A stretch of 64,000 nt of DNA from a virus, in the IMG/VR virus record IMGVR_UViG_3300027861_000020, one strand, 5' to 3'. Of the stretch, positions 36,364 to 45,318 are shown piece after piece. The notes under the pieces were generated by a model. It was not told where the DNA came from. It saw nothing but the letters and a program-made list of their open reading frames with translations, and searched no databases. The number at the start of each line of letters is the position of its first letter. Position 1 is the first letter of the stretch. Position numbers and translations under genes: made by a program.

Positions 36364-36603
36364 ATGAAGAATGTAATTAGTTTGGTAGTATTGGTTATGG
36401 TAGTTGTTTCTGTTTGTGGGTGTAACGCTGTGGATGGCATCCTACAAGACACGGCAGGTATGGCAAACGCCGCAAGGCAGATTACAACTCCTATGGCTGA
36501 CAAGGCACAGGCTCGTGATGCAAGTTATTCAGGAGCTAGATTGTCTCGTTATCATGCTGAACAGGCAGGTCGTTTTGCCTCGTTTAACAATAAGGAACAA
36601 TAA
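36364..36603 (+). CDS. small lipoprotein, weakly entericidin-like
   Basis: 79 aa; signal peptide + VCGC lipobox; mature part GC-rich (Ala/Gln-rich); SD AGAAAGGATAGTAAAATG. Confidence 0.65.
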   Translation: MKNVISLVVLVMVVVSVCGCNAVDGILQDTAGMANAARQITTPMADKAQARDASYSGARLSRYHAEQAGRFASFNNKEQ

Positions 36604-36604
36604 G

Positions 36605-36862
36605 ATGAATAGGATAGTCATTATTTTAATATTATTGGGTAGCTTATTCTGTTTAAGTGGCTGTATAGAAATAAGTTATAAAACAGAAGCTAAAATATCT
36701 TTTGGTGGGAAAAAGACACCACCAAGACCAAGAATAATTGATAATGGCTATCCTTATTCACCTAAAACTATTCCTGCTATATATGCAGAATCTGTATCTA
36801 TTTCAAAGGTAGAAACAAAAAAACGTAGAGGTTTTAAGAAATTTACTAAAAAGGAGATTTAA
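36605..36862 (+). CDS. small lipoprotein
   Basis: 85 aa from ATG 2 nt after previous stop; signal peptide + LSGC lipobox (track shows fused 36404 frame). Confidence 0.6.
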   Translation: MNRIVIILILLGSLFCLSGCIEISYKTEAKISFGGKKTPPRPRIIDNGYPYSPKTIPAIYAESVSISKVETKKRRGFKKFTKKEI

Positions 36863-36864
36863 TT

Positions 36865-37029
36865 ATGTTTACTTTAATAAATGGTGGTTTTAATCTAACA
36901 ATAAATGAATTGGTAACATTGGATTTTTCATGGCTTTTTATGTTTTGTTCGGTAGTTACTATGAATATTCTATTAATAATCAGAAAGATTGTTAATTGGG
37001 GTAATAAAGATACAAAAAATAAGAAATAG
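36865..37029 (+). CDS. small membrane protein (54 aa), holin-like topology
   Basis: SD AAAGGAGATTTAATTATG; one TM + basic C-tail. Confidence 0.45.
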   Translation: MFTLINGGFNLTINELVTLDFSWLFMFCSVVTMNILLIIRKIVNWGNKDTKNKK

Positions 37030-37098
37030 CATTTTCCAGCAAATTAAAAATTTTTAATAGATAAGATGTTAATACTATTAAAAAAAGGATAAATAAAA

Positions 37099-37314
37099 AT
37101 GGAATCTAAACCTAGACAGATAGACGATCATCTAAAATCTTTAAGTAAAGATGATATTAAAAGGTTGATAGTAGAAGCTTGTTTTAATCAGCTTGGGAAA
37201 AATAGAGAAGAAGAAATGAGTGATACTTCTCCAGAATCTGCGGTTATGTTTGCTATGTTCTGGAATGACCCAGAAGAAGCTCTTAAATATATGTTAGATA
37301 ATGCGAAAGGTTAA
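37099..37314 (+). CDS. hypothetical protein
   Basis: 71 aa; cassette at 37032, SD AAAAGGATAAATAAAAATG. Confidence 0.55.
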   Translation: MESKPRQIDDHLKSLSKDDIKRLIVEACFNQLGKNREEEMSDTSPESAVMFAMFWNDPEEALKYMLDNAKG

Positions 37315-37955
37315 AAAATATTTCTAGCATTAACTTCTTTACCCCATAAAATAATTTTGTCTTTTTTAGAATTATTGTCTTTTTCCCATAAAGGTTGAAG
37401 ATTATTTAAAGACCAACAATATAAAAATTCAACATCATTAGTGGAATTGTATTTAAAGAATGTTTGAGGGATAATATGATCTATCACCCAATCTCCATAA
37501 TTGTCCCAATTCATTCTTTTGGTAAATAGAGATTCTAAATGATCTATTAGCTCTTGAAGAGTATATCCGATAATATCTTCCCAACGTTTTTTATTTTTAG
37601 ATAATTTATTAGATTTTAAAGAATTTCTTATATTTGTAGAAAAATTATGAGAAATCCTTACCATTGAATCTTTTCTGTATTCTTTTAAATATTTTCTTCT
37701 TTTTTCTTTATTTTCAAGTTGATTAGCATATTCTTTTATATATGCTTTTTTTCTTTCTTTAACTTCTGGTTTATTATCATATTCTTTTCTTTTTTTTCGA
37801 AATTCTGGGTCCTTAAGATCTTCTTTGTATTTTTTCTTTTGTCTCTCACTTATCTTTTTTTTATTTTTTTCAGCATATATTTTTCTTTGTTTTAATATCT
37901 TATCTTTATTTTTTAAATAATATTCTTTTTTATTTTCTTTTTCGTTGTAGCTCAT
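37311..37955 (-). CDS. HNH homing-endonuclease-like protein with Lys-rich repeats (paralog of 26864-27571)
   Basis: 214 aa on minus strand; DHIIPQT...NLQPLWEKDN; convergent with 37099 gene. Confidence 0.75.
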   Translation of the reverse strand: MSYNEKENKKEYYLKNKDKILKQRKIYAEKNKKKISERQKKKYKEDLKDPEFRKKRKEYDNKPEVKERKKAYIKEYANQLENKEKRRKYLKEYRKDSMVRISHNFSTNIRNSLKSNKLSKNKKRWEDIIGYTLQELIDHLESLFTKRMNWDNYGDWVIDHIIPQTFFKYNSTNDVEFLYCWSLNNLQPLWEKDNNSKKDKIILWGKEVNARNIF

Positions 37956-38190
37956 ATTAATTTACTCCATTAAAAAAGGCTCATAAGCAAACGGAGACAG
38001 CCGTTTAGCCTACAAACCTTATATTTTAAGTATATTATAGATCCTGTCTAATCTATAACTATATATTACAGATTACTTAATCGATACCCTTTTTATTATA
38101 TCGAAATTTTTTAAGTTTTTCCAGCAAAATAAAATTTTTAAACTAATAAAATGTTAATAAATAATAATACTTTTTTGAAAGGAATGTAAA

Positions 38191-38976
38191 ATGGAAGGTC
38201 TATGTACGAAAAATAGAGTAAGTATTGAACAAGTTAAAGCCGTTCCCGTTCCAGAAGGAACACGGACATGGAAACCTATTAGTCACTTTGATTTGATTCA
38301 AGAAGCTAAGAAATCTGCTGAAAAAATGGGATTGATTATTGGTAACGAAAGTTACGGTCTAAGCAAAGAAAATAATCAAGTATTTGGGGTTATTGAAGTT
38401 CTTAATCATGATCACTTCGATAATGAGGTACGTCTTATGATGGGAATCAGGAATAGCATTGACAAGAGCCTATCAGCAGGAGTTTGTTTTGGCTCTAAGG
38501 TTTTTGTTTGCGACAACCTATGCTGGTCTGCTCAAGACACAGAGCTTGGAGAATCATTCTTGACTTCTCGTAAACATACTCGTTTTATCGAGGAAGATTT
38601 GCCACAACGTCTTGATCATGGCATGAGCCGTTTTGCTTTTGCAAAGCGTTATCAGGAAAAGCTTTATGGAGGTCTTAAAGGGTCTGCATTGAGCCTGATG
38701 CATGTTCACGATATTCTTGTTAAAGCTTCTCTTGCAGGGGCAATTCCTAATAAGGATATTCCGAAAGTAAGAGATGAGTATCTTTTCCATCTTCATACTC
38801 CTGAAACAGAAGAGCAGGCGAATAAATGGCAAGAGAGTTTTTCCGAGCCTACCGCTTGGAGTTTGTTTAATGCTTTCACAGAAAATAGCAAGGTCTATCA
38901 GGCTAAGAATAGTCTTGTTTCTTCTGACAGGATGATTAAGCTTACTAAACTATTCCAACAGGAATTTATAAGTTAA
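38191..38976 (+). CDS. conserved phage/plasmid-type hypothetical protein (possibly DUF932-like)
   Basis: 261 aa; cassette at 38117; GC-richer; family assignment from memory only. Confidence 0.65.
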   Translation: MEGLCTKNRVSIEQVKAVPVPEGTRTWKPISHFDLIQEAKKSAEKMGLIIGNESYGLSKENNQVFGVIEVLNHDHFDNEVRLMMGIRNSIDKSLSAGVCFGSKVFVCDNLCWSAQDTELGESFLTSRKHTRFIEEDLPQRLDHGMSRFAFAKRYQEKLYGGLKGSALSLMHVHDILVKASLAGAIPNKDIPKVRDEYLFHLHTPETEEQANKWQESFSEPTAWSLFNAFTENSKVYQAKNSLVSSDRMIKLTKLFQQEFIS

Positions 38977-38987
38977 TTAGTCTTTAT

Positions 38988-39019
38988 AGGGCAGGGTATT
39001 TAATACTCTGCCCTATTTT
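38988..39019 (+). terminator. intrinsic terminator
   Basis: AGGGCAGGGTATTTAATACTCTGCCCT + ATTTT. Confidence 0.55.
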
Positions 39020-39078
39020 CCAGCAAATTAAAAATTTTTAAGTAATAAGATGTTAATACTATTTAAAAAGGAATTAAG

Positions 39079-39369
39079 ATGAAACGTACAATAACTTTAG
39101 AAGATGATTATGCCGTTTATGGGAATAGAAAAATAGGTTATCTTGTATCTAATATTAGATTATGTTTTGGGCTAAAAAATAATAGAAAATATAAAATAAT
39201 TATTGTAGAGGGGACTGAATTTTCTATCTGTAAAGATAGCAGAGACTATACTATTTGGGATAAAAACCAATATTTAGGCATGATTTGTCGAAAAAAGTTT
39301 GAAAAATTGTTTTTCACTTTTGATGTAAATAAAAAATATGATATTATTGTCGAAGAAATAGAGGAATAA
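39079..39369 (+). CDS. hypothetical protein
   Basis: 96 aa; cassette at 39016 after terminator, SD AAAAAGGAATTAAGATG. Confidence 0.55.
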   Translation: MKRTITLEDDYAVYGNRKIGYLVSNIRLCFGLKNNRKYKIIIVEGTEFSICKDSRDYTIWDKNQYLGMICRKKFEKLFFTFDVNKKYDIIVEEIEE

Positions 39370-39373
39370 AATT

Positions 39374-39790
39374 ATGGGAATGGAAACATCTGCTTGCCAT
39401 GCTGATATTGTAGACGAAAGTTTTGTAAAAGAAATAAGTCCAAAAGCTTTTAAAAGGCTTAAAGAACTTGTAGATAATGCTGATTATGAAGGATTTTCTA
39501 TAGAATTACTATCTATTCAGACTAATTATGAAGGAGATATTGAAAACGAACTAGCTATGGATTTAGGCGATGAAGATGCTTGTCTTATTTCTAATGCTTA
39601 TCAATTTCTTTGTATGGATTTTCAAAATAAATCAGGTCTTAGTCTTGATTTAAAATATCATGCAAAAGAAGATAGAGGTGATGAAGTTGACGGATATTTC
39701 TGGGCGGTTGGCGGGGTTTATGAATTGTCTGCCGCAGGCAAGAAATATAAAAATAAAATCGAACGTAAATTTTGGACAGTTTGGGGTTAA
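39374..39790 (+). CDS. hypothetical acidic protein
   Basis: 138 aa ORF, SD GAGGAATAAAATTATG. Confidence 0.6.
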   Translation: MGMETSACHADIVDESFVKEISPKAFKRLKELVDNADYEGFSIELLSIQTNYEGDIENELAMDLGDEDACLISNAYQFLCMDFQNKSGLSLDLKYHAKEDRGDEVDGYFWAVGGVYELSAAGKKYKNKIERKFWTVWG

Positions 39791-39794
39791 TATT

Positions 39795-39896
39795 ATGGGT
39801 TGGATAATTGCAGGTATAATTTGTTGGAATATAGGGCATGGTTTTTTTGGGACTATTTTTATAATGATTGGGGCTGTTCAGATAATCTCTGATTAA
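39795..39896 (+). CDS. small hydrophobic peptide (33 aa), pinholin/holin candidate
   Basis: SD TTGGGGTTAATATTATG; MGWIIAGIICWNIGHGFFGTIFIMIGAVQIISD; ~90 nt upstream of endolysin gene. Confidence 0.4.
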   Translation: MGWIIAGIICWNIGHGFFGTIFIMIGAVQIISD

Positions 39897-39988
39897 AATT
39901 TCCATCTTGATATGAAATAGAATATTTCCAGCAAATAAATTTTTATTTTCTATAAAATTGTTAATAATAATTTTAGAAAGGATTTAAA

Positions 39989-40678
39989 ATGAATAATAAA
40001 AAGAATGAATTTTGGAAAGCTTTAATTTGTATCATTATAGTTTGTATAGGTTTTTATTGTCTATTAAAACCTAGACATGTAGCTATACCACTAAATCAAT
40101 ATGACAGTGCTTTTGTAGTCAATATAGAGCCTCGATCTATTGAGCAGTACAAAGCTGATAAAAGGGTAATAGCTAAGAATCAGGGGTTTGGAGATATAAT
40201 TTCTATACCATCAAAAAGGATTAAAGATTCTCTTAGAGAGCATGAGGGATATAGGCATACTGCTTATTATGACACAAGAGGAAACCCTACTATTGGAATT
40301 GGTTTTAATCTGATGAAAAACGGAGCAAAGCCTAGAATTGAATCTTTGGGTTTGAATTATAAAGATGTTCTTAATAAAGAAGTATCTTTAACGGACGAAC
40401 AGATAAATACTTTATTTGAATATGATTTACTGATAGCGACAAGTGATGCAATCTCTTTCTTGCCGAACCTTGTAGAACAACCTGATGAAGTTAAGATTGT
40501 TATAATTGATATGGTTTTTAATATGGGCTTAACAAGATTGAATAAGTTTAAAAGATTCAGACAAGCTTTATTTGACGAGAAATACGGAACAGCAGTTATT
40601 GAAATGAAAGATTCAAAATGGTATCACCAAGTCGGGAATAGGTCGAAAAATTTAGTCAAGATTATGGAAAGCATTTAA
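39989..40678 (+). CDS. T4-type (GH24) lysozyme/endolysin with N-terminal transmembrane anchor
   Basis: 229 aa; catalytic-region REHEGYRHTAYYDTRGNPTIGIGFNL (Glu, Asp, Thr triad as in T4 E) plus C-lobe WYHQVGNRSKNLVKIM; N-term FWKALICIIIVCIGFYCLL. Confidence 0.85.
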   Translation: MNNKKNEFWKALICIIIVCIGFYCLLKPRHVAIPLNQYDSAFVVNIEPRSIEQYKADKRVIAKNQGFGDIISIPSKRIKDSLREHEGYRHTAYYDTRGNPTIGIGFNLMKNGAKPRIESLGLNYKDVLNKEVSLTDEQINTLFEYDLLIATSDAISFLPNLVEQPDEVKIVIIDMVFNMGLTRLNKFKRFRQALFDEKYGTAVIEMKDSKWYHQVGNRSKNLVKIMESI

Positions 40679-40774
40679 AAAAATACCAATGAAGAAAAAG
40701 TTACGGATAGATTTACCCTTTATCTTGTAGCTTTTTCTTTTTCCAGCAAATTAAAATTTTTAAGGGATAATAAT

Positions 40775-40957
40775 ATGAATAATGGTATATGTCCTAAATG
40801 CGGAAATAAAGAACCCGATTCTTGGGAAGACGAAGAGACTTTCCGTTATCGTAATGTGGAAGTAGGAGATAATGAGGTAAAAAGAACCATGAAATGTCTT
40901 AAATGTAATTCTGAATTAGAAGAAACTTATACTTTCCAGCAAATTAAAAAAATTTAA
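40775..40957 (+). CDS. zinc-ribbon small protein
   Basis: 60 aa; CPKC...CLKC; cassette at 40739. Confidence 0.5.
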   Translation: MNNGICPKCGNKEPDSWEDEETFRYRNVEVGDNEVKRTMKCLKCNSELEETYTFQQIKKI

Positions 40958-40996
40958 GTAATAGGATGTAAATGCTATTTAAAAAGAAAGATAAAA

Positions 40997-41314
40997 ATGA
41001 CTATTGAAGAAGTAATGACAATTACAGAAACAGAACTTAAAATTAAGTGGAATGAAGGTCTGGAGATATTTCAAGTTTCTTTGCGAGACTATGTTGGAGT
41101 AGGTCATGGATACGGAATAGAAACAATTGAGAATAAAGGTTCTGGAATATTGACAGGAACTTGGGGTGGCGGTAAGACTAAAAAACAGGCTATATTGAAT
41201 TATTGTAGTCGAATTGAAGGTCTTATTCTTGTTAAAGATGGTATGGATAGGTATAAAAGACGAGAATATCCTATGCCCGATAGAATTACTTGTCCGAAAA
41301 TTCCAGCAAATTAA
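40997..41314 (+). CDS. hypothetical protein
   Basis: 105 aa ORF, SD AAAAGAAAGATAAAAATG. Confidence 0.55.
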   Translation: MTIEEVMTITETELKIKWNEGLEIFQVSLRDYVGVGHGYGIETIENKGSGILTGTWGGGKTKKQAILNYCSRIEGLILVKDGMDRYKRREYPMPDRITCPKIPAN

Positions 41315-41403
41315 AATTATATGAGTGATAAATCAAGAGAATATAAAAGAAAACGAAATATCAAACTAGCTAAAAGACATGAGTTTTTTGGAAGGATAAA
41401 GAA

Positions 41404-41823
41404 ATGGATATTACAGCTGCTCAAATAAGAATTGACAAATTCAATAAGAAAGTTGAAGATTTTAAGAAACTTTTTAATAAAATAAATGAATTTTTTAAAA
41501 CTAATTTAAAATTGGATGAAGAAGATTTGAGTTATAAAAATGATCTTCAAAAAGAATTTATTCCTTATGGTGAAGAAGTTGGTTTTTCTATTATGGATTT
41601 CGGACATGGAATATTTATTAATGTTTTTAATATTAAGTATTATCCTGCTACAAGAGAAGAACCAGAAGATTGTGAATATTATGATGAATGTTCAATAGAT
41701 GGGGATGATATGCTTGAAGCATTGATAGAGTTTCACAAGAGACGTATCACTTTTAATATAAATAATATCTCAGAAGAGATGGCATATTTTGAATTAGAAG
41801 AAAGTATATTAGATGATAATTGA
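41404..41823 (+). CDS. hypothetical acidic protein
   Basis: 139 aa ORF, SD GGAAGGATAAAGAAATG. Confidence 0.6.
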   Translation: MDITAAQIRIDKFNKKVEDFKKLFNKINEFFKTNLKLDEEDLSYKNDLQKEFIPYGEEVGFSIMDFGHGIFINVFNIKYYPATREEPEDCEYYDECSIDGDDMLEALIEFHKRRITFNINNISEEMAYFELEESILDDN

Positions 41824-41902
41824 TTTTTATTTTCCAGCAATATTTATTTTATTTCTTTGTTTAATAAAGAAATATAGTTAATAAAATTTAAGGAATAAAA
41901 AA

Positions 41903-42076
41903 ATGAAGATTAGAAGAACTAAATTGAGAACTCTCCGAGAAGAAATTGTTGATGAAAAAGTTATTGAACATTACCAAGAACAGGGGTTTTTTGCCGTTGA
42001 TAATGCTCTTGAATGGATTAAAGATGGAGAAGTTATTTATTCTGATTTTAGTAAATTTGAATTAGTAAAGGAATAA
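41903..42076 (+). CDS. small hypothetical protein (57 aa)
   Basis: cassette at 41830, SD TTAAGGAATAAAAAAATG. Confidence 0.45.
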   Translation: MKIRRTKLRTLREEIVDEKVIEHYQEQGFFAVDNALEWIKDGEVIYSDFSKFELVKE

Positions 42077-42078
42077 TT

Positions 42079-42369
42079 ATGAGTACAAATTATTATATAA
42101 AAGGTTACGATACTCCTGAAATAAATGAAAATAGTCCTAAATGGCATTTGGGAAAAAGATATTCTGCTGGCAATGGTAAATTAGGCTTTATCTGGGCTAT
42201 AGATATGACGGTAGTTGAGTTTGCTGAAAGAATTGAAGAACTAGAGCTTTTTGCTGATAGTTGTATTGTTAATGAATATGGAGAAGAATTCTCTGTTTTA
42301 GAATTTATGAATTTAGCTTTGGGTTGCGACGTTCAAGATACAGATTCTATCGGAAAGGAATTTTGTTAA
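42079..42369 (+). CDS. hypothetical protein
   Basis: 96 aa ORF, ATGA-type coupling. Confidence 0.55.
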   Translation: MSTNYYIKGYDTPEINENSPKWHLGKRYSAGNGKLGFIWAIDMTVVEFAERIEELELFADSCIVNEYGEEFSVLEFMNLALGCDVQDTDSIGKEFC

Positions 42370-42405
42370 TTTTCCAGCAAATTAATTTTTTTTAAGGAAT
42401 AAAAT

Positions 42406-42825
42406 ATGAATACTTATCAATTTACAGTAATGGCTTATGACAAAAATGAAGATAAAGATATTCGAATCATTCTTGGAGAAGCTGATGGCATAGATAAAGA
42501 AGATGCCTTTAAGAATCTTATCGCTGAAAAGGAAATAGATTCTAAGACGATAGATGATGAATATTACAAGATGAATACAGTTAAATCTTCTATTGTATCT
42601 TTTGAAACTAAAGAAATGGAAGATAAAGATATTGATTATGAATTTCTAGCAAAAGAATCTGAAATAGAGATTTTAAAAAATGATAGCAATTTCTACGATT
42701 GGCTATTGGAAAAAGCTCAGGAAGAAATAAGTTGTTGGGATGTTGAGGGGCTTTTTGATTTTGTAAAAGATTCTTTAAATACTGATGATGATGGCATAGT
42801 TGATGACTATAGGATGCAATACTAA
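42406..42825 (+). CDS. hypothetical acidic protein
   Basis: 139 aa; cassette at 42370. Confidence 0.6.
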   Translation: MNTYQFTVMAYDKNEDKDIRIILGEADGIDKEDAFKNLIAEKEIDSKTIDDEYYKMNTVKSSIVSFETKEMEDKDIDYEFLAKESEIEILKNDSNFYDWLLEKAQEEISCWDVEGLFDFVKDSLNTDDDGIVDDYRMQY

Positions 42826-43154
42826 TGATAAATCTATATGTAGATGACGAAAGAACCCCACCGAATGATAATATATATAATTGGGTTGTTGTTAGAAATT
42901 ATCTAGATGCTATTAAAATTCTGGAAGAAGAAGAAGGTAACATTGAAAGGTTATCTTTAGACCATGATTTAGGTAATATTGGGGCAACTGGATATGACAT
43001 AAGCGTTTGGATAGAGGAACAAGTTAGTAAAAGGCAGTATAAAGCTCCTAAGCGTTTATACTGCCATTCGCAGAACCCTGTTGGAAAATCTAAAATCAAA
43101 GCATGTTATCAATCTATAAAAAGGATAGAAAGAGAAAGAGAAACTAATCTCTAG
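42825..43154 (+). CDS. receiver(CheY)-like fold small protein (tentative)
   Basis: 109 aa; LYVDDER ... AIKILEE ... IERLSLDHDLG ... GYDISVWI mirrors beta1/acid pocket, beta3 phospho-Asp and beta4-alpha4 of REC domains. Confidence 0.5.
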   Translation: MINLYVDDERTPPNDNIYNWVVVRNYLDAIKILEEEEGNIERLSLDHDLGNIGATGYDISVWIEEQVSKRQYKAPKRLYCHSQNPVGKSKIKACYQSIKRIERERETNL

Positions 43155-43223
43155 CTCTTACTTCTTTCCCCCATAAAATTATTTTATCGCTTTTTTTATT
43201 ATTATCATTTTCCCATAAGGTCG
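43149..43223 (-). pseudogene. decayed 3' remnant of HNH endonuclease gene (third copy)
   Basis: reverse strand translates PTLWENDNNKKSDKIILWGKEVRAR, matching the C-terminus QPLWEKDNNSKKDKIILWGKEVNAR of 37311-37955; no upstream ORF. Confidence 0.6.
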
Positions 43224-43370
43224 GAATTTTTTACGGCATTAAGTTTTACTGGAATTATAATATCTATTTTTGTTATATTTTCTAATATGTTAGTTTAGTT
43301 TTTCCAGCAAATAAAAGTTTAATTGCTTTTTAATTGTTAATAATAATTTAATTTAATAAAGGATAGAAAA

Positions 43371-43505
43371 ATGAGTGAAGTATTAGGAATTGCGAATATC
43401 GGTCTGGGCATCTTAAATCTTGTCCTATGGAATTACAATAAATCAGGTTTCAATTTGGCGGCGGGTCTGTTTGCCCTATCTGTCGGAATTATACTTTCAG
43501 TTTAA
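43371..43505 (+). CDS. small membrane peptide (44 aa)
   Basis: cassette at 43310, SD AAAGGATAGAAAAATG. Confidence 0.4.
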   Translation: MSEVLGIANIGLGILNLVLWNYNKSGFNLAAGLFALSVGIILSV

Positions 43506-43512
43506 TAAGGAT

Positions 43513-43656
43513 ATGATTATGATTATGTATATTTTAGCAACACTAAATTTTATTTTGGTCTTTGCAAATCTTAAATGGTGGTTTGAAGATAATTCTATAT
43601 TAAATTTAGTAGTAAGCGGAATGTGTTTAGCAACAGGAATACGTTTATTAGTTTAA
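43513..43656 (+). CDS. small membrane peptide (47 aa)
   Basis: SD AAGGATATGATTATG; track ORF 43420 is an out-of-frame extension. Confidence 0.4.
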   Translation: MIMIMYILATLNFILVFANLKWWFEDNSILNLVVSGMCLATGIRLLV

Positions 43657-43692
43657 ATTTTCCAGCAAATTTTAATTAATAAGGATATAAAA

Positions 43693-43992
43693 ATGAGTAA
43701 TAGAGCATATATAGAAACATTATCGATCACAAAGACTTACGATAAGGATAGAAGTTATTTCGCTATCAATGTCTTTGATGATTATAATGATGTTTATATC
43801 GAAGTCGATGAAATTCCTGATAACGATATTGATATTTTTAGACTACTGATTGAAGAACAAGAAGAAAATCATAATGAGTCGGTATATTGGATTTTGTATA
43901 ATATGCAAGAATATAAAAGAGGTATAACTATCAATAGAAATTATCTTGAGTCTCATGAAACTAATAGAATCATAAAAGAATATGAGGACTAA
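43693..43992 (+). CDS. hypothetical acidic protein
   Basis: 99 aa; cassette at 43658, SD AAGGATATAAAAATG. Confidence 0.55.
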   Translation: MSNRAYIETLSITKTYDKDRSYFAINVFDDYNDVYIEVDEIPDNDIDIFRLLIEEQEENHNESVYWILYNMQEYKRGITINRNYLESHETNRIIKEYED

Positions 43993-43993
43993 A

Positions 43994-44287
43994 ATGAATA
44001 CAATGCAAAAGATAGAAAAAGCAGTCAAAGCTAAATTTTTAGAGCAGAAGTTGAACAAAGAAGAATTTAGTCAAAATATTACTTCTTTCGATTGTGTAGC
44101 TCAAAGGGCTATGGTTATTTTTGATGATTGTAGACTTGAAAGAACTTATATTCTTGTCGGGTTGTGTGTTAATGCTAATAAAGATTGGGAAGTTATTTAC
44201 TTTAAAAATAGTGCAGAAACAATCGGGGCAGGACATTTCGATGGTATTGATGCTATGTCTGATGCTGATACTTTTTTAAATTATTAA
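43994..44287 (+). CDS. hypothetical protein
   Basis: 97 aa from ATG after GAGGA. Confidence 0.55.
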   Translation: MNTMQKIEKAVKAKFLEQKLNKEEFSQNITSFDCVAQRAMVIFDDCRLERTYILVGLCVNANKDWEVIYFKNSAETIGAGHFDGIDAMSDADTFLNY

Positions 44288-44533
44288 AAGGAGAATATTA
44301 TGTTCTTATTTTTTTATTTTTGAATATATGTCTTTTTGGGGCAAATATGGTTATTTCTATAACGTATGCTTTAAAAGATGAATGGGATTGGGCAGTATTT
44401 CATATATTCTGTATGTGTTGTTCTTCTCTCGGAATTGTTCTTATGTTGGATTGTATAATAAACTAATTTTCCAGCATTTTAATTATTATTTCTTTTTATA
44501 ATATAAGAAATAATAATTAAAAAAGGAAACAAT

Positions 44534-44839
44534 ATGAATATGTTAGTTAAAGATAAGCCTCATTATGAGAATCATTGCGAACATTCTAAAGACGAATTTG
44601 TTGGTTCTATACTATCGGTAGTAGGGAAAGATATAAAATCAATTGATGTTTATATCTTTAAGCATGAAGGTTTTAAAACTCAAGATGTTTGCATAAGGTT
44701 TGGGGAGAAACCAGAAGATTATTATTCAGCCGGAGAACTTTTTGATTTTATTCTTAGAGCTAATAATAGTCCAAAATGTTATCAAGATGCCGTTTATGTC
44801 ATTTCTCAAATGGGAAATATAGAATTTTCCAGCAAATAA
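44534..44839 (+). CDS. hypothetical protein
   Basis: 101 aa; cassette at 44467, SD AAAAAGGAAACAATATG. Confidence 0.55.
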   Translation: MNMLVKDKPHYENHCEHSKDEFVGSILSVVGKDIKSIDVYIFKHEGFKTQDVCIRFGEKPEDYYSAGELFDFILRANNSPKCYQDAVYVISQMGNIEFSSK

Positions 44840-44860
44840 AAATTTTTTAAGGCATAAAGT

Positions 44861-45106
44861 ATGGGATTATATAAAGAAAAATATAAAGGTTATGCAATCT
44901 GGCAAGATACTAAATCCAAAGATTGTAGAAACAAAATATCAGGTCATGAATGGACGGAAGATACTCCTATTAACAAATACTATATAGTAGGATTAGGGGT
45001 ATCTTGTTTAAAACAGTTTGGTACTATTAAAGGATGTAAAAAACATATAGATTTTCTTATTAGAAATAATTTAAATATTGACTATTATAATTCAAAGGTG
45101 AAATAA
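44861..45106 (+). CDS. hypothetical protein
   Basis: 81 aa; cassette at 44825. Confidence 0.55.
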   Translation: MGLYKEKYKGYAIWQDTKSKDCRNKISGHEWTEDTPINKYYIVGLGVSCLKQFGTIKGCKKHIDFLIRNNLNIDYYNSKVK

Positions 45107-45267
45107 TGGAATTATCTGGAGAAGAAAAATGTTTAATATTAGATGCTTTATCCTTATTGAAAATTAAAAGTAATGAATGTTTAAGATTTTCAGTAGTTAA
45201 TGATGCGGAAAAGAAAGTATTAGAAGATACAGTAATAAAAGTAGATAAATTGTTTGAAAGATTTTGA
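45106..45267 (+). CDS. small hypothetical protein (53 aa)
   Basis: TAATG coupling with SD AAAGGTGAAATAATG. Confidence 0.45.
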   Translation: MELSGEEKCLILDALSLLKIKSNECLRFSVVNDAEKKVLEDTVIKVDKLFERF

Positions 45268-45318
45268 AATTAGGAATAATTTAAATATAGATTATTATAA
45301 TATTAAAAAGGTTTAATT

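Noticed and set aside
36404-36862. Track ORF 36404-36862 (152 aa) spanning two lipoprotein genes in another frame
   Set aside because: The first 67 codons are out of frame with the SD-supported gene 36364-36603. I kept only the part from ATG 36605 (signal peptide + LSGC lipobox).
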